From Roseibacillus sp. (GTDB lineage Bacteria > Verrucomicrobiota > Verrucomicrobiia > Verrucomicrobiales > Akkermansiaceae), in contig CBDEUM010000024.1 of assembly GCA_965242925.1 (NCBI GenBank), forward strand, positions 1 to 64,000: a stretch of DNA of 64,000 nt. Direction: 5' to 3'. The notes under the pieces are model-generated. The model saw nothing but the letters and a program-made list of their open reading frames with translations, had not been told where the DNA came from and made no database searches. Position numbers and translations under genes: made by a program. How positions within the stretch are numbered: the stretch's first letter is position 1; each line of letters starts with the position of its first letter. Shown piece by piece: positions 27,757 to 37,633 of the stretch.

Positions 27757-29024
27757 AGATGCAAAGTGAACCCCAGTCCTGCGACGTCATCGTGGTCGGG
27801 GGCGGACCCTCCGGTTCTGCCGCGGCAGCGCTTCTGGCGGGAAAGGGGCATAAGGTCATTCTCCTCGAGAAGGAAAGGTTTCCCCGCTACCACGTGGGCG
27901 AGTCCCTCATGCCCTTCTGCTACTTCACCCTGGAGCGTCTTGGCGTCTTGGAGCAGATGGAAGAGCACGCTTTTGTGAAGAAGCACAGTGTGCAGTTCGT
28001 CACCAAGGAGGGACAGATCTCGACCCCCTTCTATTTCTTCCAGCATCTTGATCATCCGGCAGCCACCACCTGGCAGGTGGAACGGTCTGTCTTTGATGAA
28101 ATGCTCCTGCGCAATGCGGAGGAGAAGGGGGTTGAAGTCCGTGAAGAGACGCAGGTCCAGAACTTCACCTTCGACGGCGATTGTGTCACCGGGGTGGTTG
28201 CGAGGGCGAAGGATGGAGCGGACTATTCCCTCCAAGCTCCCGTGACGCTCGACTGTACCGGTCGGGAGGCGCTTTTTCTGCGCAAGAAGAAATGGCGCCG
28301 CCGCGATCCGCAGCTCAACAAGATTGCGATCTGGACCCTCTTCAAGGGGGCCAAGCGGGACGAAGGACTGGATGAAGGAGCGACTACCGTGGCTTATTTG
28401 GACGGCCGGGGTTGGTTCTGGAACATTCCGCTGCGCGATGACATCGTAAGCTCAGGGATTGTTGCGGAACGCGACTATCTCTACCGTGACACCCGTGACC
28501 TGCAGGAGATTTATGAGCGGGAGATCAAGGAGAACAGCTGGATCAAGGAGCACCTTACCACAGGTGAGCAGTTTGGCGAATACTGGGTGACCGGCGAGTA
28601 TTCCTACCGTGGCGAACAGTGTGCGGCCGATGGGCTGCTCATGGCCGGCGATGCTTTTGCGTTTCTCGATCCGGTCTTTTCTTCCGGGGTTTTTCTCGCG
28701 CTCAAGAGCGGGGAGATGGCGGCCGATGCAATCAGTGGGGCTCTGGAGGCGGGGGACGTGTCGACAGGGCAGTTCCTGGAGTATGGAGAGAAGCTCTGCC
28801 AAATGATCGAAGTCATGCGAAAACTGGTCTACGCGTTTTACGACAAGGACTTCAGCTTTGCGAAACTGATCAAGAAGCACGGGGAAATTCGCCCCATGCT
28901 CACGGACTGTCTTATCGGCGATCTTGACGGGAAGGATTACAAGCCCCTCGCGGAAGCGATGAGCGGTCTTGCCTCCCTTCCCGAACCACTCGGACACGGA
29001 CGGGTTCCTCAATCCGTTAAATAA
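27753..29024 (+). CDS. flavin-dependent halogenase-like FAD oxidoreductase
   Basis: GGGPSG, FPRYHVGES, FVKK (Lys at the halogenase catalytic position), WFWNIP (WxWxIP), GDAFAFLDPVFSSG (FxxPxxSxG). Confidence 0.75.
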   Translation: MKMQSEPQSCDVIVVGGGPSGSAAAALLAGKGHKVILLEKERFPRYHVGESLMPFCYFTLERLGVLEQMEEHAFVKKHSVQFVTKEGQISTPFYFFQHLDHPAATTWQVERSVFDEMLLRNAEEKGVEVREETQVQNFTFDGDCVTGVVARAKDGADYSLQAPVTLDCTGREALFLRKKKWRRRDPQLNKIAIWTLFKGAKRDEGLDEGATTVAYLDGRGWFWNIPLRDDIVSSGIVAERDYLYRDTRDLQEIYEREIKENSWIKEHLTTGEQFGEYWVTGEYSYRGEQCAADGLLMAGDAFAFLDPVFSSGVFLALKSGEMAADAISGALEAGDVSTGQFLEYGEKLCQMIEVMRKLVYAFYDKDFSFAKLIKKHGEIRPMLTDCLIGDLDGKDYKPLAEAMSGLASLPEPLGHGRVPQSVK

Positions 29025-29043
29025 CACCCCTTCCCCGTTCGGC

Positions 29044-30357
29044 ATGAAAGTCACCTTCCTGACTGCGGGCACGGGCAGCTATCACTGCGGGGCGTGCATG
29101 CGGGACAACACCCTGGTCACGGCCCTTCATCGGGACGGGCACCAGCTGGCGTTACTGCCGATGTACCTTCCCATGCAGTTGGACGAAGAGATCCTCCCGC
29201 AAGTACAGGAAGCGCCCATATTCTTTGGTGGGATTAATGTCTACCTGCAGCAGAAATTTTCTTTTTTCCGTCACACTCCCCGTTGGCTGGACAGTCTCTT
29301 CAATGGGGAGGGACTACTGCGATCCGCGGCCAGACGCAGCCACATGACCAGTCCACAGGAGCAGGCGGAGATGTGCCTGGCCATGCTGCAGGTGGACGAG
29401 AGCCGCCTCACCAAGGAACTCGACAAGCTCATCGACTGGCTTGAGCATCACGAGCGACCGGATTTCATCGCGCTCTCCAACGCGCTTCTCTCGGGGGTGA
29501 CGCGGGAACTCAAGAAGCGGCTGGGAGATATTCCGGTGATGGTGTTTTTCCAGGGAGAGGACACCTTTCTCGATAGTCTGCCCGAGCCCTACCGCACAAG
29601 AAGCTGGGAGGAAATGAAGGAGCGTCTCGCAGAGTGCGACATGCTCGTTGCGCCCAGCCATTTCTATGCCGGGGTGATGGGAGAGCGTCTTGGGATCCCC
29701 CTGGCGGAGATCGAGATTCTTCCCAATGGAATCAACCTGGAGGGTTACGGGGAACCCGTGGAGGACGGCCTTCAGGCCATTGGTTATCTCGCCCGCATGA
29801 GCCGTGAGAAGGGCCTTGGGGCCCTGGTGGATGCCTACCTTCTGCTGCAGGAGGGAGGCAGGTTTCCACAGTGCCGGCTCAGGATTGCTGGATCATGCAC
29901 CCCAGGAGATGAGGTGTTCGTGAAGGATCAGAAGGAGAAGATTGAGCGGGCCGGTCTTAGTGAAATGGTGGATTGGCATCCCAATCTGACGCGGGAGCAG
30001 AAGACGGAGTTTCTTCGGGGCCTCACGGTGTTCTCCGTGCCGGTGCAGTATTCCGAGGCCTTTGGACTCTACCTGATCGAAGCGATGGCGAGCGGGGTGC
30101 CGGTGGTGAATCCGGAGGGATCGGCCTTCGAGGAGATCGCCGCGGTGACCGGGGGAGGGCAGACAGTGGCCCCCGGCGATCCTTCCGCGCTGGCTCGAGG
30201 CTGGGAAGATCTCCTGGCCAACCCGGGGGAGGCGGCTGCGATGGGAGAAAGAGGTCGCCGCGGGGTGGCGGAACGGTATAGCGTCACTGCGATGAAGGAT
30301 GGCTTCCTCGAACTCGCCGGACGGGTTTGCGCCGCAGCCGGACCACGGGATTCATGA
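29044..30357 (+). CDS. glycosyltransferase family 4
   Basis: PNGI, YLARMSREKG, EAFGLYLIEAMASGVPVV. N-terminal CGAC. Confidence 0.9.
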   Translation: MKVTFLTAGTGSYHCGACMRDNTLVTALHRDGHQLALLPMYLPMQLDEEILPQVQEAPIFFGGINVYLQQKFSFFRHTPRWLDSLFNGEGLLRSAARRSHMTSPQEQAEMCLAMLQVDESRLTKELDKLIDWLEHHERPDFIALSNALLSGVTRELKKRLGDIPVMVFFQGEDTFLDSLPEPYRTRSWEEMKERLAECDMLVAPSHFYAGVMGERLGIPLAEIEILPNGINLEGYGEPVEDGLQAIGYLARMSREKGLGALVDAYLLLQEGGRFPQCRLRIAGSCTPGDEVFVKDQKEKIERAGLSEMVDWHPNLTREQKTEFLRGLTVFSVPVQYSEAFGLYLIEAMASGVPVVNPEGSAFEEIAAVTGGGQTVAPGDPSALARGWEDLLANPGEAAAMGERGRRGVAERYSVTAMKDGFLELAGRVCAAAGPRDS

Positions 30358-30803
30358 GTGACGAGAGCAAGAGCTATTCCTTTGAGTATCAGCGGCGGGT
30401 CGAATTTCACGAAACCGATCTCGCCGGGATCGTGCATTTTTCCAACTTCTACCGGTACATGGAGACCGCAGAGCACGAGTTCATGCGTAGTCTCGGCCAT
30501 CCCGTACACCGGCAGATAGCGGAGGCGGAAATCGGATGGCCGCGGGTGAGTGCCAGCTGTGAATTCCGCAAGCCTGCCCGGAACGACGACGTCCTTGTCA
30601 TCCGGGTCTCCATTGACGAGATCCGCACTCGCTCGGTTCGGTATGGGTTTCGGTTCTACCTCGATCCTGCAGATCCTCCCATTGCCACCGGGAGAGTGGC
30701 CGCGGCCTGTGTGAAGTTTGAGAACGGAGGCATCACCGCCGTCCCCATTCCCGATCAGATCCGCTCCGATCTCGAAGCCGCCCTGGCGGCGACCAAGTCC
30801 TGA
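30354..30803 (+). CDS. acyl-CoA thioesterase, 4-hydroxybenzoyl-CoA thioesterase/YbgC hotdog family
   Basis: RRVEFHETDLAGIVHFSNFYRYME; ATGA overlap with the GT4 gene. Confidence 0.9.
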   Translation: MSDESKSYSFEYQRRVEFHETDLAGIVHFSNFYRYMETAEHEFMRSLGHPVHRQIAEAEIGWPRVSASCEFRKPARNDDVLVIRVSIDEIRTRSVRYGFRFYLDPADPPIATGRVAAACVKFENGGITAVPIPDQIRSDLEAALAATKS

Positions 30804-30850
30804 TTGATCAAGTGAATGGCGCTCTTCCATCACCCCAAAAAAAGAAATCC

Positions 30851-31402
30851 ATGAACTGGCTTATTTTCGCCCTCATGACCGTGGCCTGCTGGGGCCTTTA
30901 CGGGATTTTCCTCCACGCAGGCCAAGTCGAAATGCAGGACAAGGAGCTGGGTCGGTACAAGGCGTTTCTCTTTGTGGGGATTGCCTATTTCATCACCGCG
31001 GTAGTGGCTCCTCTGGTGGTTCTCCTCGTCAAGGGTGCGGAGGGGACCTGGGCGATGCCGAGCAAGGGGATGTGGCTTTCGCTTTTTGCCGGAATCCTCG
31101 GGGCGGCAGGAGCATTCTGTGTTCTCCTTGCCATGGCGTCCGGGGCGAAAGGGGGGATGAGCCCTGCGGTGGTGGCGATCTCGGTCATGTCGATCATCTT
31201 CTGCGGGGCTCCGCTCGTCAATGCGATCGTATCGATCTGGATGGACCGGCCCGAGGGCGGCCTCGCGGCCATTCCCTGGCAATTTCTCTGCGGCATTTTG
31301 ATCGCGGCTCTCGGCGGCTTCATGGTGGTGAAATTCAAGCCTGCCGGGTCCCACGGGACCCCGCCCAGGAAGCCGGGGATTGAAGTCCCGGCGAAGGAGT
31401 AG
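30851..31402 (+). CDS. DMT/EamA-like membrane protein (single repeat)
   Basis: Five hydrophobic helices; WLIFAL.TV..WG.YG start; G...A..G C-terminal helix. Confidence 0.65.
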   Translation: MNWLIFALMTVACWGLYGIFLHAGQVEMQDKELGRYKAFLFVGIAYFITAVVAPLVVLLVKGAEGTWAMPSKGMWLSLFAGILGAAGAFCVLLAMASGAKGGMSPAVVAISVMSIIFCGAPLVNAIVSIWMDRPEGGLAAIPWQFLCGILIAALGGFMVVKFKPAGSHGTPPRKPGIEVPAKE

Positions 31403-31430
31403 TCTGGAAGGCTTCGGTCTGCCGGAGCGC

Positions 31431-32666
31431 ATGGAAGCAATGATGTCCCTGAGCGCAATCAACGATCTGTTCGGTGCCATCCTTCCCGCGAATGAATTTT
31501 ACGCGGCGAAGCTTGGAGAGAGACGCAGGGTCGAGAGCCTGGAGGAATTCAGGGAGGAGATTCCCTTCACTACCAAGGATGAACTGGCCGCAGATCACGA
31601 GGACCACCCGCCTTACGGCACGACCCTGACGTATCCGCTGGAGACCTATACCCGTTTCCACCACACGAGCGGCACACGGGGCAACCCGATGGCCTGGCTG
31701 GACGACCCCGCGGGGTGGGCGTGGATCCTGGAGTCATGGCAGTGGGTGTGGTCCAACGCGGGCACGCGTTCTGGCGACAGTGCCTTCTTTCCCTTTTCCT
31801 TCGGGCCCTTTCTCGGATTCTGGTCGGCTTTCGAGGCCGCGGCGGCGATGGGGATCCGGGCGATTCCTGGCGGGGGCCTTTCCAGCGAAGACCGGCTGAG
31901 GATGATGGCCCTGCATCGGCCGCAATTCATGGCCTGTACGCCGACCTACTCCCTGCATCTTGCATTGGTGGGGAAGGGCATGGGGCTCCCGGTGGACCGC
32001 CTGGGGGTCAAGGCCCTGGTGGTGTGTGGTGAGCCCGGCGGGAGCATCCCGGAAGTGCGGGAGCGCATCGAGGCGGAGTGGGGCGCGCGTGTGATCGATC
32101 ATCATGGGATGACAGAGACTGGTCCGGTTACCGTGAGCGATCCCGACCATCCCGACTTGCTGCGCATTTATCATTCCTCCTATCACGCCGAGGTTGTCAG
32201 CCCGGAGAGCCTTGAGCAGGTGACTCTTGGAGAGGTGGGGGAGCTGGTCCTGACCACTCTGGGGCGTTATGGGGCTCCTCTGATCCGCTACCGAACCGGA
32301 GATCTCGTCCGGCCGGTTGCCCCCGAGAAAACGGATCCTGCTCCCTTTGCGTTGCAGGGCGGAATTATTGGGCGGGCGGATGACATGGTGGTGGTGCGTG
32401 GGGTGAACATCTATCCCAGTGCGATCGAAGCGGTAGTGCGCTCAGTAGATGGAGTGGGGGAGTACCAGGTGGAAGTGGACGAGCAGGGGACGCTGCCGGA
32501 AATCAGCCTGGTGATCGAGAATCTCGGAGATGGCCGGTCTGAAGAGGCATTGGAAGCCCGACTCCGCTCTGTCTTTTCCATGCGGATTCCGGTAAGAGCA
32601 GTAGAGTTCGGCACCCTGCCGGTTTCTGAAGTGAAGGCCCAGCGCTGGAAGGTGATTAGCGAATGA
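31431..32666 (+). CDS. phenylacetate-CoA ligase (PaaK) family aryl-CoA ligase
   Basis: IPFTTK, HTSGTRG.P, TPTY, GEPG, HGMTE, RYRTGD, GRADDM..VRGVNIYP. Confidence 0.9.
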   Translation: MEAMMSLSAINDLFGAILPANEFYAAKLGERRRVESLEEFREEIPFTTKDELAADHEDHPPYGTTLTYPLETYTRFHHTSGTRGNPMAWLDDPAGWAWILESWQWVWSNAGTRSGDSAFFPFSFGPFLGFWSAFEAAAAMGIRAIPGGGLSSEDRLRMMALHRPQFMACTPTYSLHLALVGKGMGLPVDRLGVKALVVCGEPGGSIPEVRERIEAEWGARVIDHHGMTETGPVTVSDPDHPDLLRIYHSSYHAEVVSPESLEQVTLGEVGELVLTTLGRYGAPLIRYRTGDLVRPVAPEKTDPAPFALQGGIIGRADDMVVVRGVNIYPSAIEAVVRSVDGVGEYQVEVDEQGTLPEISLVIENLGDGRSEEALEARLRSVFSMRIPVRAVEFGTLPVSEVKAQRWKVISE

Positions 32667-33337
32667 TCGATGTCCAAAATGTCAGCAAGGTTTATGAGAT
32701 GCCCGGCGAGTCGCTGCGTGTACTTGATGAGGTGAGCCTGCAGGTGGGTGCGGGAGAGACCGCTGCGATAGTTGGTCCATCAGGAAGCGGAAAGACGACT
32801 TTGCTCAATCTGCTTGGAGTCCTGGACCAGCCCAGTGAGGGACGGGTCCTGATCGACGGCAGGGACGTGGCGTCGTTTGACGAGGAGCAGGCCGCCGCCT
32901 TCCGCAACCGGTCTCTTGGGTTTGTCTTTCAGCACCACCATCTGCTCCCGCAGTGTACCCTCCTGGAAAATGTCGTTCTTCCACGGTTGGCCGGGGGCTG
33001 GACGGAGGCGGAGGAGGAAACCACCGCGCGGGCCGAGGCGTTGCTGGGCGAAGTAGGCCTGCAGGACCGCCTCGCCCACTTTCCCCATCAGCTCTCGGGC
33101 GGGGAGCGGCTGCGGACGGCCCTCGCCCGGGCCCTGGTCAACGAACCGAGACTGGTCTTGGCGGACGAGCCGACAGGATCACTCGACCAGGAGACCACCG
33201 GAGTGGTAGCTGATTTGCTTGAGCAGCTTAATGCCCGGATGGGCGTGACCCTGGTGGTTGTCACCCACAATGCGGCCCTTGCGGGGCGAATGCAGGCCCA
33301 CTACGAGCTTCGCGGCGGGAAGCTGGAGAAGCAATGA
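32663..33337 (+). CDS. ABC transporter ATP-binding protein (LolD/MacB family)
   Basis: GPSGSGKTT, LSGGE, LADEPTG, VTHN. Confidence 0.95.
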   Translation: MIDVQNVSKVYEMPGESLRVLDEVSLQVGAGETAAIVGPSGSGKTTLLNLLGVLDQPSEGRVLIDGRDVASFDEEQAAAFRNRSLGFVFQHHHLLPQCTLLENVVLPRLAGGWTEAEEETTARAEALLGEVGLQDRLAHFPHQLSGGERLRTALARALVNEPRLVLADEPTGSLDQETTGVVADLLEQLNARMGVTLVVVTHNAALAGRMQAHYELRGGKLEKQ

Positions 33338-36300
33338 ATGCCCTCAAGTTCATTCGGCGTGGGATCTGGCACTACAAGTTGTCCTACCTCGGGGTAGGAG
33401 CAGGCGCGGTCCTGGGAGCCACCGTCCTGCTGGGGGCGCTGATTGCGGGCGACTCGGTGAAGGAGACCCTTCGGGAGGTGGCGCGCCAGCGGGTGGGCCA
33501 GGTCGACCAGGTCTTTGTGGCGGGGGAGGGCTTCTTCCGTGACGCTCTTGCTGCGGACGTGGCCACGGATTCCCTGCGGGCTGCGCCCATTCTGTTCCTG
33601 CGGGGCCAGCTCAATTCACCGTCCAGCGAGCGCGGATTGGGCAGGGTGCAGATTCTTGGAGTGGATGATCGGTTCTGGGGATTTTCGCCGGGCTCCGGCG
33701 AGGCGGTGGCCCTCCAGTCCCGCGAGGTGGCCGTCAATGACTACCTGGCAAACGCACTGGACCTGAAAGAGGACGACTCGGTGATCCTGCGCCTGCAGGA
33801 ACCCGGGATGTTGTCGCGCGATGCGCCGCTTTCTGGAGAAGCAGAGGACGTGATCAGCTTCCGCGCCAAGGTGCGGGCGGTATTGGGTGACGGGCAGTTC
33901 GGGCGTTTCAACCTCCGGGCCACCCAGCTTCCGGTCCCTACCGTCTTCGTTCCCCTCAGCCGATTGCAGCAGGTGGTTGATCAACCCGCGCGCGCCAACC
34001 TCCTCCTGCTGGGCTCCGGGGAGGGCGGGACGCCCTTCCGCGGCGATCTGGCGGGGCACATCCGCAGCCGGATGACTCTGGAAGACTACGGCTTCTCCCT
34101 GGTTGACGTTCCGCTGGCGGGAGCGACCGAGATCCGCTCGGCACGCATTTTCTTCGAGGCGCCGATCGTCGAAGCGGTCAGGGCCCGCTTTCCAGGGACC
34201 GTCCCGGTGACCAGTTACCTGATCAACACCTATGCGGCCAAGGGGAAGGAAACCCCCTACTCCATGGTGGCGGCGGTCCGATCGCAAGGGGCGCCCTTCC
34301 TGCCCGAGCCGTTCTCGAGGCAAGATATCGTGATCAACGACTGGCTGGCGGAGGATCTAGAAGTCGAGGTGGGAGAGGAGATCAGCCTGGTCTTTTTCAG
34401 GCTGGTGGGGGGCAACCAGCTGGAGGAGGCCACCGCCGGGTTTCGCGTACGCGGCATCGTGGCGCGGGAGGGTCTGGCAGCTGATCAGCTCTGGATGCCG
34501 GACTTCCCGGGAGTGGCGGAGGCGGAGGACGCCCAGGACTGGGCGCCAGGGCTGCCCCTTGATCTGGAGCGCATCCGACAGAAGGACGAAGACTACTGGG
34601 ATGAACATCGAGGGACCCCCAAGGCGTTCATTTCCGAGGAGCGGGGGCGTGAATTATTCGGGAATCGGTGGGGAGAGTTTACCTCCCTGCGGATTCCCTC
34701 CAGGGAGGCGCCGGGAACCGGACTGGAGAAGGAACTCCTCCCCCTTCTCAAGCCCGGGATGGCGGGTCTGCTTCTTCGCAACCTTGGCGAAGATGCGCAG
34801 GCGGCCGCCCAGTCGCCGGTCGACATAGCGGGGCTCTTCCTGAGCATGAGCGTTTTCCTGATCGTGGCTTCAGTGGCCCTTACGGCGATGCTGTTCCGCT
34901 TTAATATAGAACAACGAAACCGGGAAAGCGGATTGCTGGCGGCCCTGGGCGTGTCTGCGAAGAGGGTCCTGCGCTGGCGCCTGTTGGAAGGTCTCATTAT
35001 TGTAACGGGTGGCGGGCTCATCGGCCTCCTCCTCGCGATTGTCTACTCGACAGGGATCCTGCGCTTTCTTGCAACGATCTGGAGTGAAGGCTCGGGCGAG
35101 ACCTTCTTTGTCGTTCACCTCAACCCCGTGAGCATGGTTACCGGCCTCCTCATCTTTATCGCATTATCGATGGGCGCAATCTGGCTCACCGCGCGGAAGC
35201 AGGCCCGGAAAAGTGCGACCCTGCGCCTGGAGGCGGGAGCGGAGGAGGTGCGTCGTGGGAGTGTGCGGGTGCGCCTCCTGCTGGCCTGTGGGATTGTCAG
35301 CGTTCTCCTCGGGCTCGGATGTATCGTGGCCAGGAACGGGATGGGTCCGCAGGCGGCCTTTTTCCTTTCCGGGACGTTTTTGCTGGTGGCGGGGCTTTTG
35401 AACTACCGTGCGTGGTTGGGCTGGAATGGCGCACGGAGTCGCCGGGCCCTTTCGTCCCGCTCGTTGGCCACCCTCAACAGCGGCCGCCGTCCCACCCGTA
35501 GCCTGGTGGTGGTGGGCACCATGGCCTGCGGGGTTTTCCTGGTCATTGCGGTGACGGCCTTCCGGAAGCACGGAGGAGAAGAGTGGGCCGAAAAGTCGAG
35601 CGGAGCCGGTGGGTTCGCCTTCTGGATCGAGACCACCAGTCCAGTCAATCGCGCGGCCGATGCAAAGAAGGACCCGGACTACTTCGAGTTGGGGGATCAA
35701 CGGGGGCTGCTGGGAGAGATCCGGCCCTTTCGCATGGGAGTGGGTGACGATGCGAGCTGTTTCAATCTGAATACCGCCGCCCGGCCCCGCCTGCTGGCCA
35801 CCGATGTCGGCGCTCTGGCCGGGCGCGGGTCGTTCACCCTCAAGGCGGTGGCCGAAGGAAGGGATATCGAGAAGGGATGGGAGATTCTCCGCGAACCGGC
35901 GCACCCCCGGGTTCTGCGGGCTTTTGTCGATCAAACCACCATGATGTGGGTCCTGAAAAAGAAGGTGGGGGATCGCATCACCTATCAGGACGAGCGGGGC
36001 GTGGATTTTGAGGTCGAGATCACGGGAGCGTTGGCTGACAGCATCTTTCAGGGGAATCTGATCGTGGACGAGGCCGCTTTTCTCAGGCTGTTTCCGTCCC
36101 AGGAGGGCTACCGGCTCTTTCTGGCCGATGTTCCCGGTGATTCCGACTACGCACTTGGGGAGCTCCAGAAAGCCACCGCGGACCGTGGAAGCGTGATCAC
36201 CCTGACGCGGGAACGTCTGGAGGGCTTCCACGGCGTGGAGAACACTTACATCGCGATCTTTCACGTTCTGGGCGGTCTGGGGCTTATTCTTGGCAGCGCC

Positions 36301-36614
36301 GGGCTCGGGATTGTGACGGCCCGTAACCTCGCCGAACGGCGGGGTGAGTTCAGGGCGCTTCGAACTATTGGCATTCCTCACCGGGTGACCAGAAACGTCA
36401 TCTTCAAGGAGGTGCGGGGTTTTATCGGGTGGGCCTTTGGATTGGCCTCCTCGCTTCCCTGGTGGCCATCCTGCCCGCCCTCAACGGGGCGCCACCGGTG
36501 GGCACGTTCCTTGGACTGGGCGCAATGGTGGTTCTCATCGTCCTCAACAGCCTGTTCTGGGCCTTTGTCGGGTACGTGGTGGGCTACCGGCGGCGGGCAG
36601 GCATCGGAATGTGA
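33334..36614 (+). CDS. ABC transporter permease, duplicated MacB/FtsX type (apparent frameshift near 36440)
   Basis: Two large periplasmic domains, each followed by FtsX helices (EQRNRESGLL.ALG; ERRGEF.ALR.IG). The last two helices continue in frame 36429..36614. Confidence 0.85.
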
Positions 36615-36663
36615 GCGCGACTCCGTTCTTTCCGTCGATCGGGAGGCTTCCTAGGCTGTCCGG

Positions 36664-37570
36664 GTGAAACAACTGCTGCTCGCACTGCTGATGACGACGT
36701 CGCTGGTCTCGGGGGCCGGATGGATTGACCTGTGGCCCGGGGAAGCGCCTGGTGCCCCGCGTCCCAAGGCCGGGACGGAAACGGGGGGAGAAGGCTGGCG
36801 GATTGCCCATACCGAAGTTCCGCAGTATGTGCTCTTCAAGGCCGAGAAGCCAAATGGAACAGGGGTGGTCGTCCTGCCTGGCGGGGGCTATGCCATGCTG
36901 GCGGCTGATCACGAGGGCCGGCAGGTGGGGGAGTGGTTCGCCAAACGGGGAATCACAGCGATCGTCGTGAAGTACCGGGTCAGTTCCAATCCGGCGCTCG
37001 GGTATCACTTTCCCGTTCCCCAGATGGATGCCCGGCGGGCGATCCGGACCATGCGCTTCAAGGCCGGGGACTGGGGGATCGATCCGGCCAGGATTGGAAT
37101 CATGGGGTTCTCCGCCGGAGGGCATCTCTGCTCCACCGCGGTGACCATGTTTGACGACAAGTTCGAAGCAGGAAACGGACGATCCCATCGATCAGGTCAG
37201 TTGCCGCCCCGATTTTGGGATTCTTTGTTATCCGGTCATCGCGATGGGCCAGCCCCACTGTCATCAGGGGTCGGTGCGCAATCTTCTGGGAGCCAATCCC
37301 TCCAGGGAGCTCTTGGACCGGAACAACACCGCCAGGCGAGTGACCGGGAAGACGCCGCCCATTTTTCTCGTGCACTCCGCCGATGACCGGGCGGTGCCCC
37401 TGCGCAACGGAACGGACTTTGCCGCCGCTTGTTCAGACAAGGGAGTGCCGGTGTCCTGCCATATTTATGCGCAGGGAGGTCACGGCTACGGACTGGGCCG
37501 CTCGGGAGACTCAAAGAACTGGCCGGCCCGACTTGAGGACTGGCTGCGGCACAATAAGTGGATGAAGTGA
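36664..37570 (+). CDS. secreted alpha/beta hydrolase (BD-FAE/acetylxylan-esterase-like; apparent frameshift near 37171)
   Basis: PGGGY and GFSAGGH in the first frame. RPDF.IL.YPVI, D..V and GGHGYG (catalytic Asp/His) in ORF 37151..37570. Confidence 0.85.
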
Positions 37571-37633
37571 AAAGGGGAGCAGGGGTGACGCAGGCTCTTC
37601 CTGCGGGTGTTTGCAGGCGGTCGAACAGGGGCC

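Noticed and set aside
27151..29024. Ubiquinone biosynthesis locus
   Set aside because: No UbiA prenyltransferase, UbiD/X or UbiE/G in the window, and the flavoprotein carries halogenase-type motifs. A link to quinone chemistry cannot be fully excluded.
31431..32666. Phenylacetate catabolic (paa) operon
   Set aside because: No epoxidase, ring-opening or beta-oxidation genes nearby.
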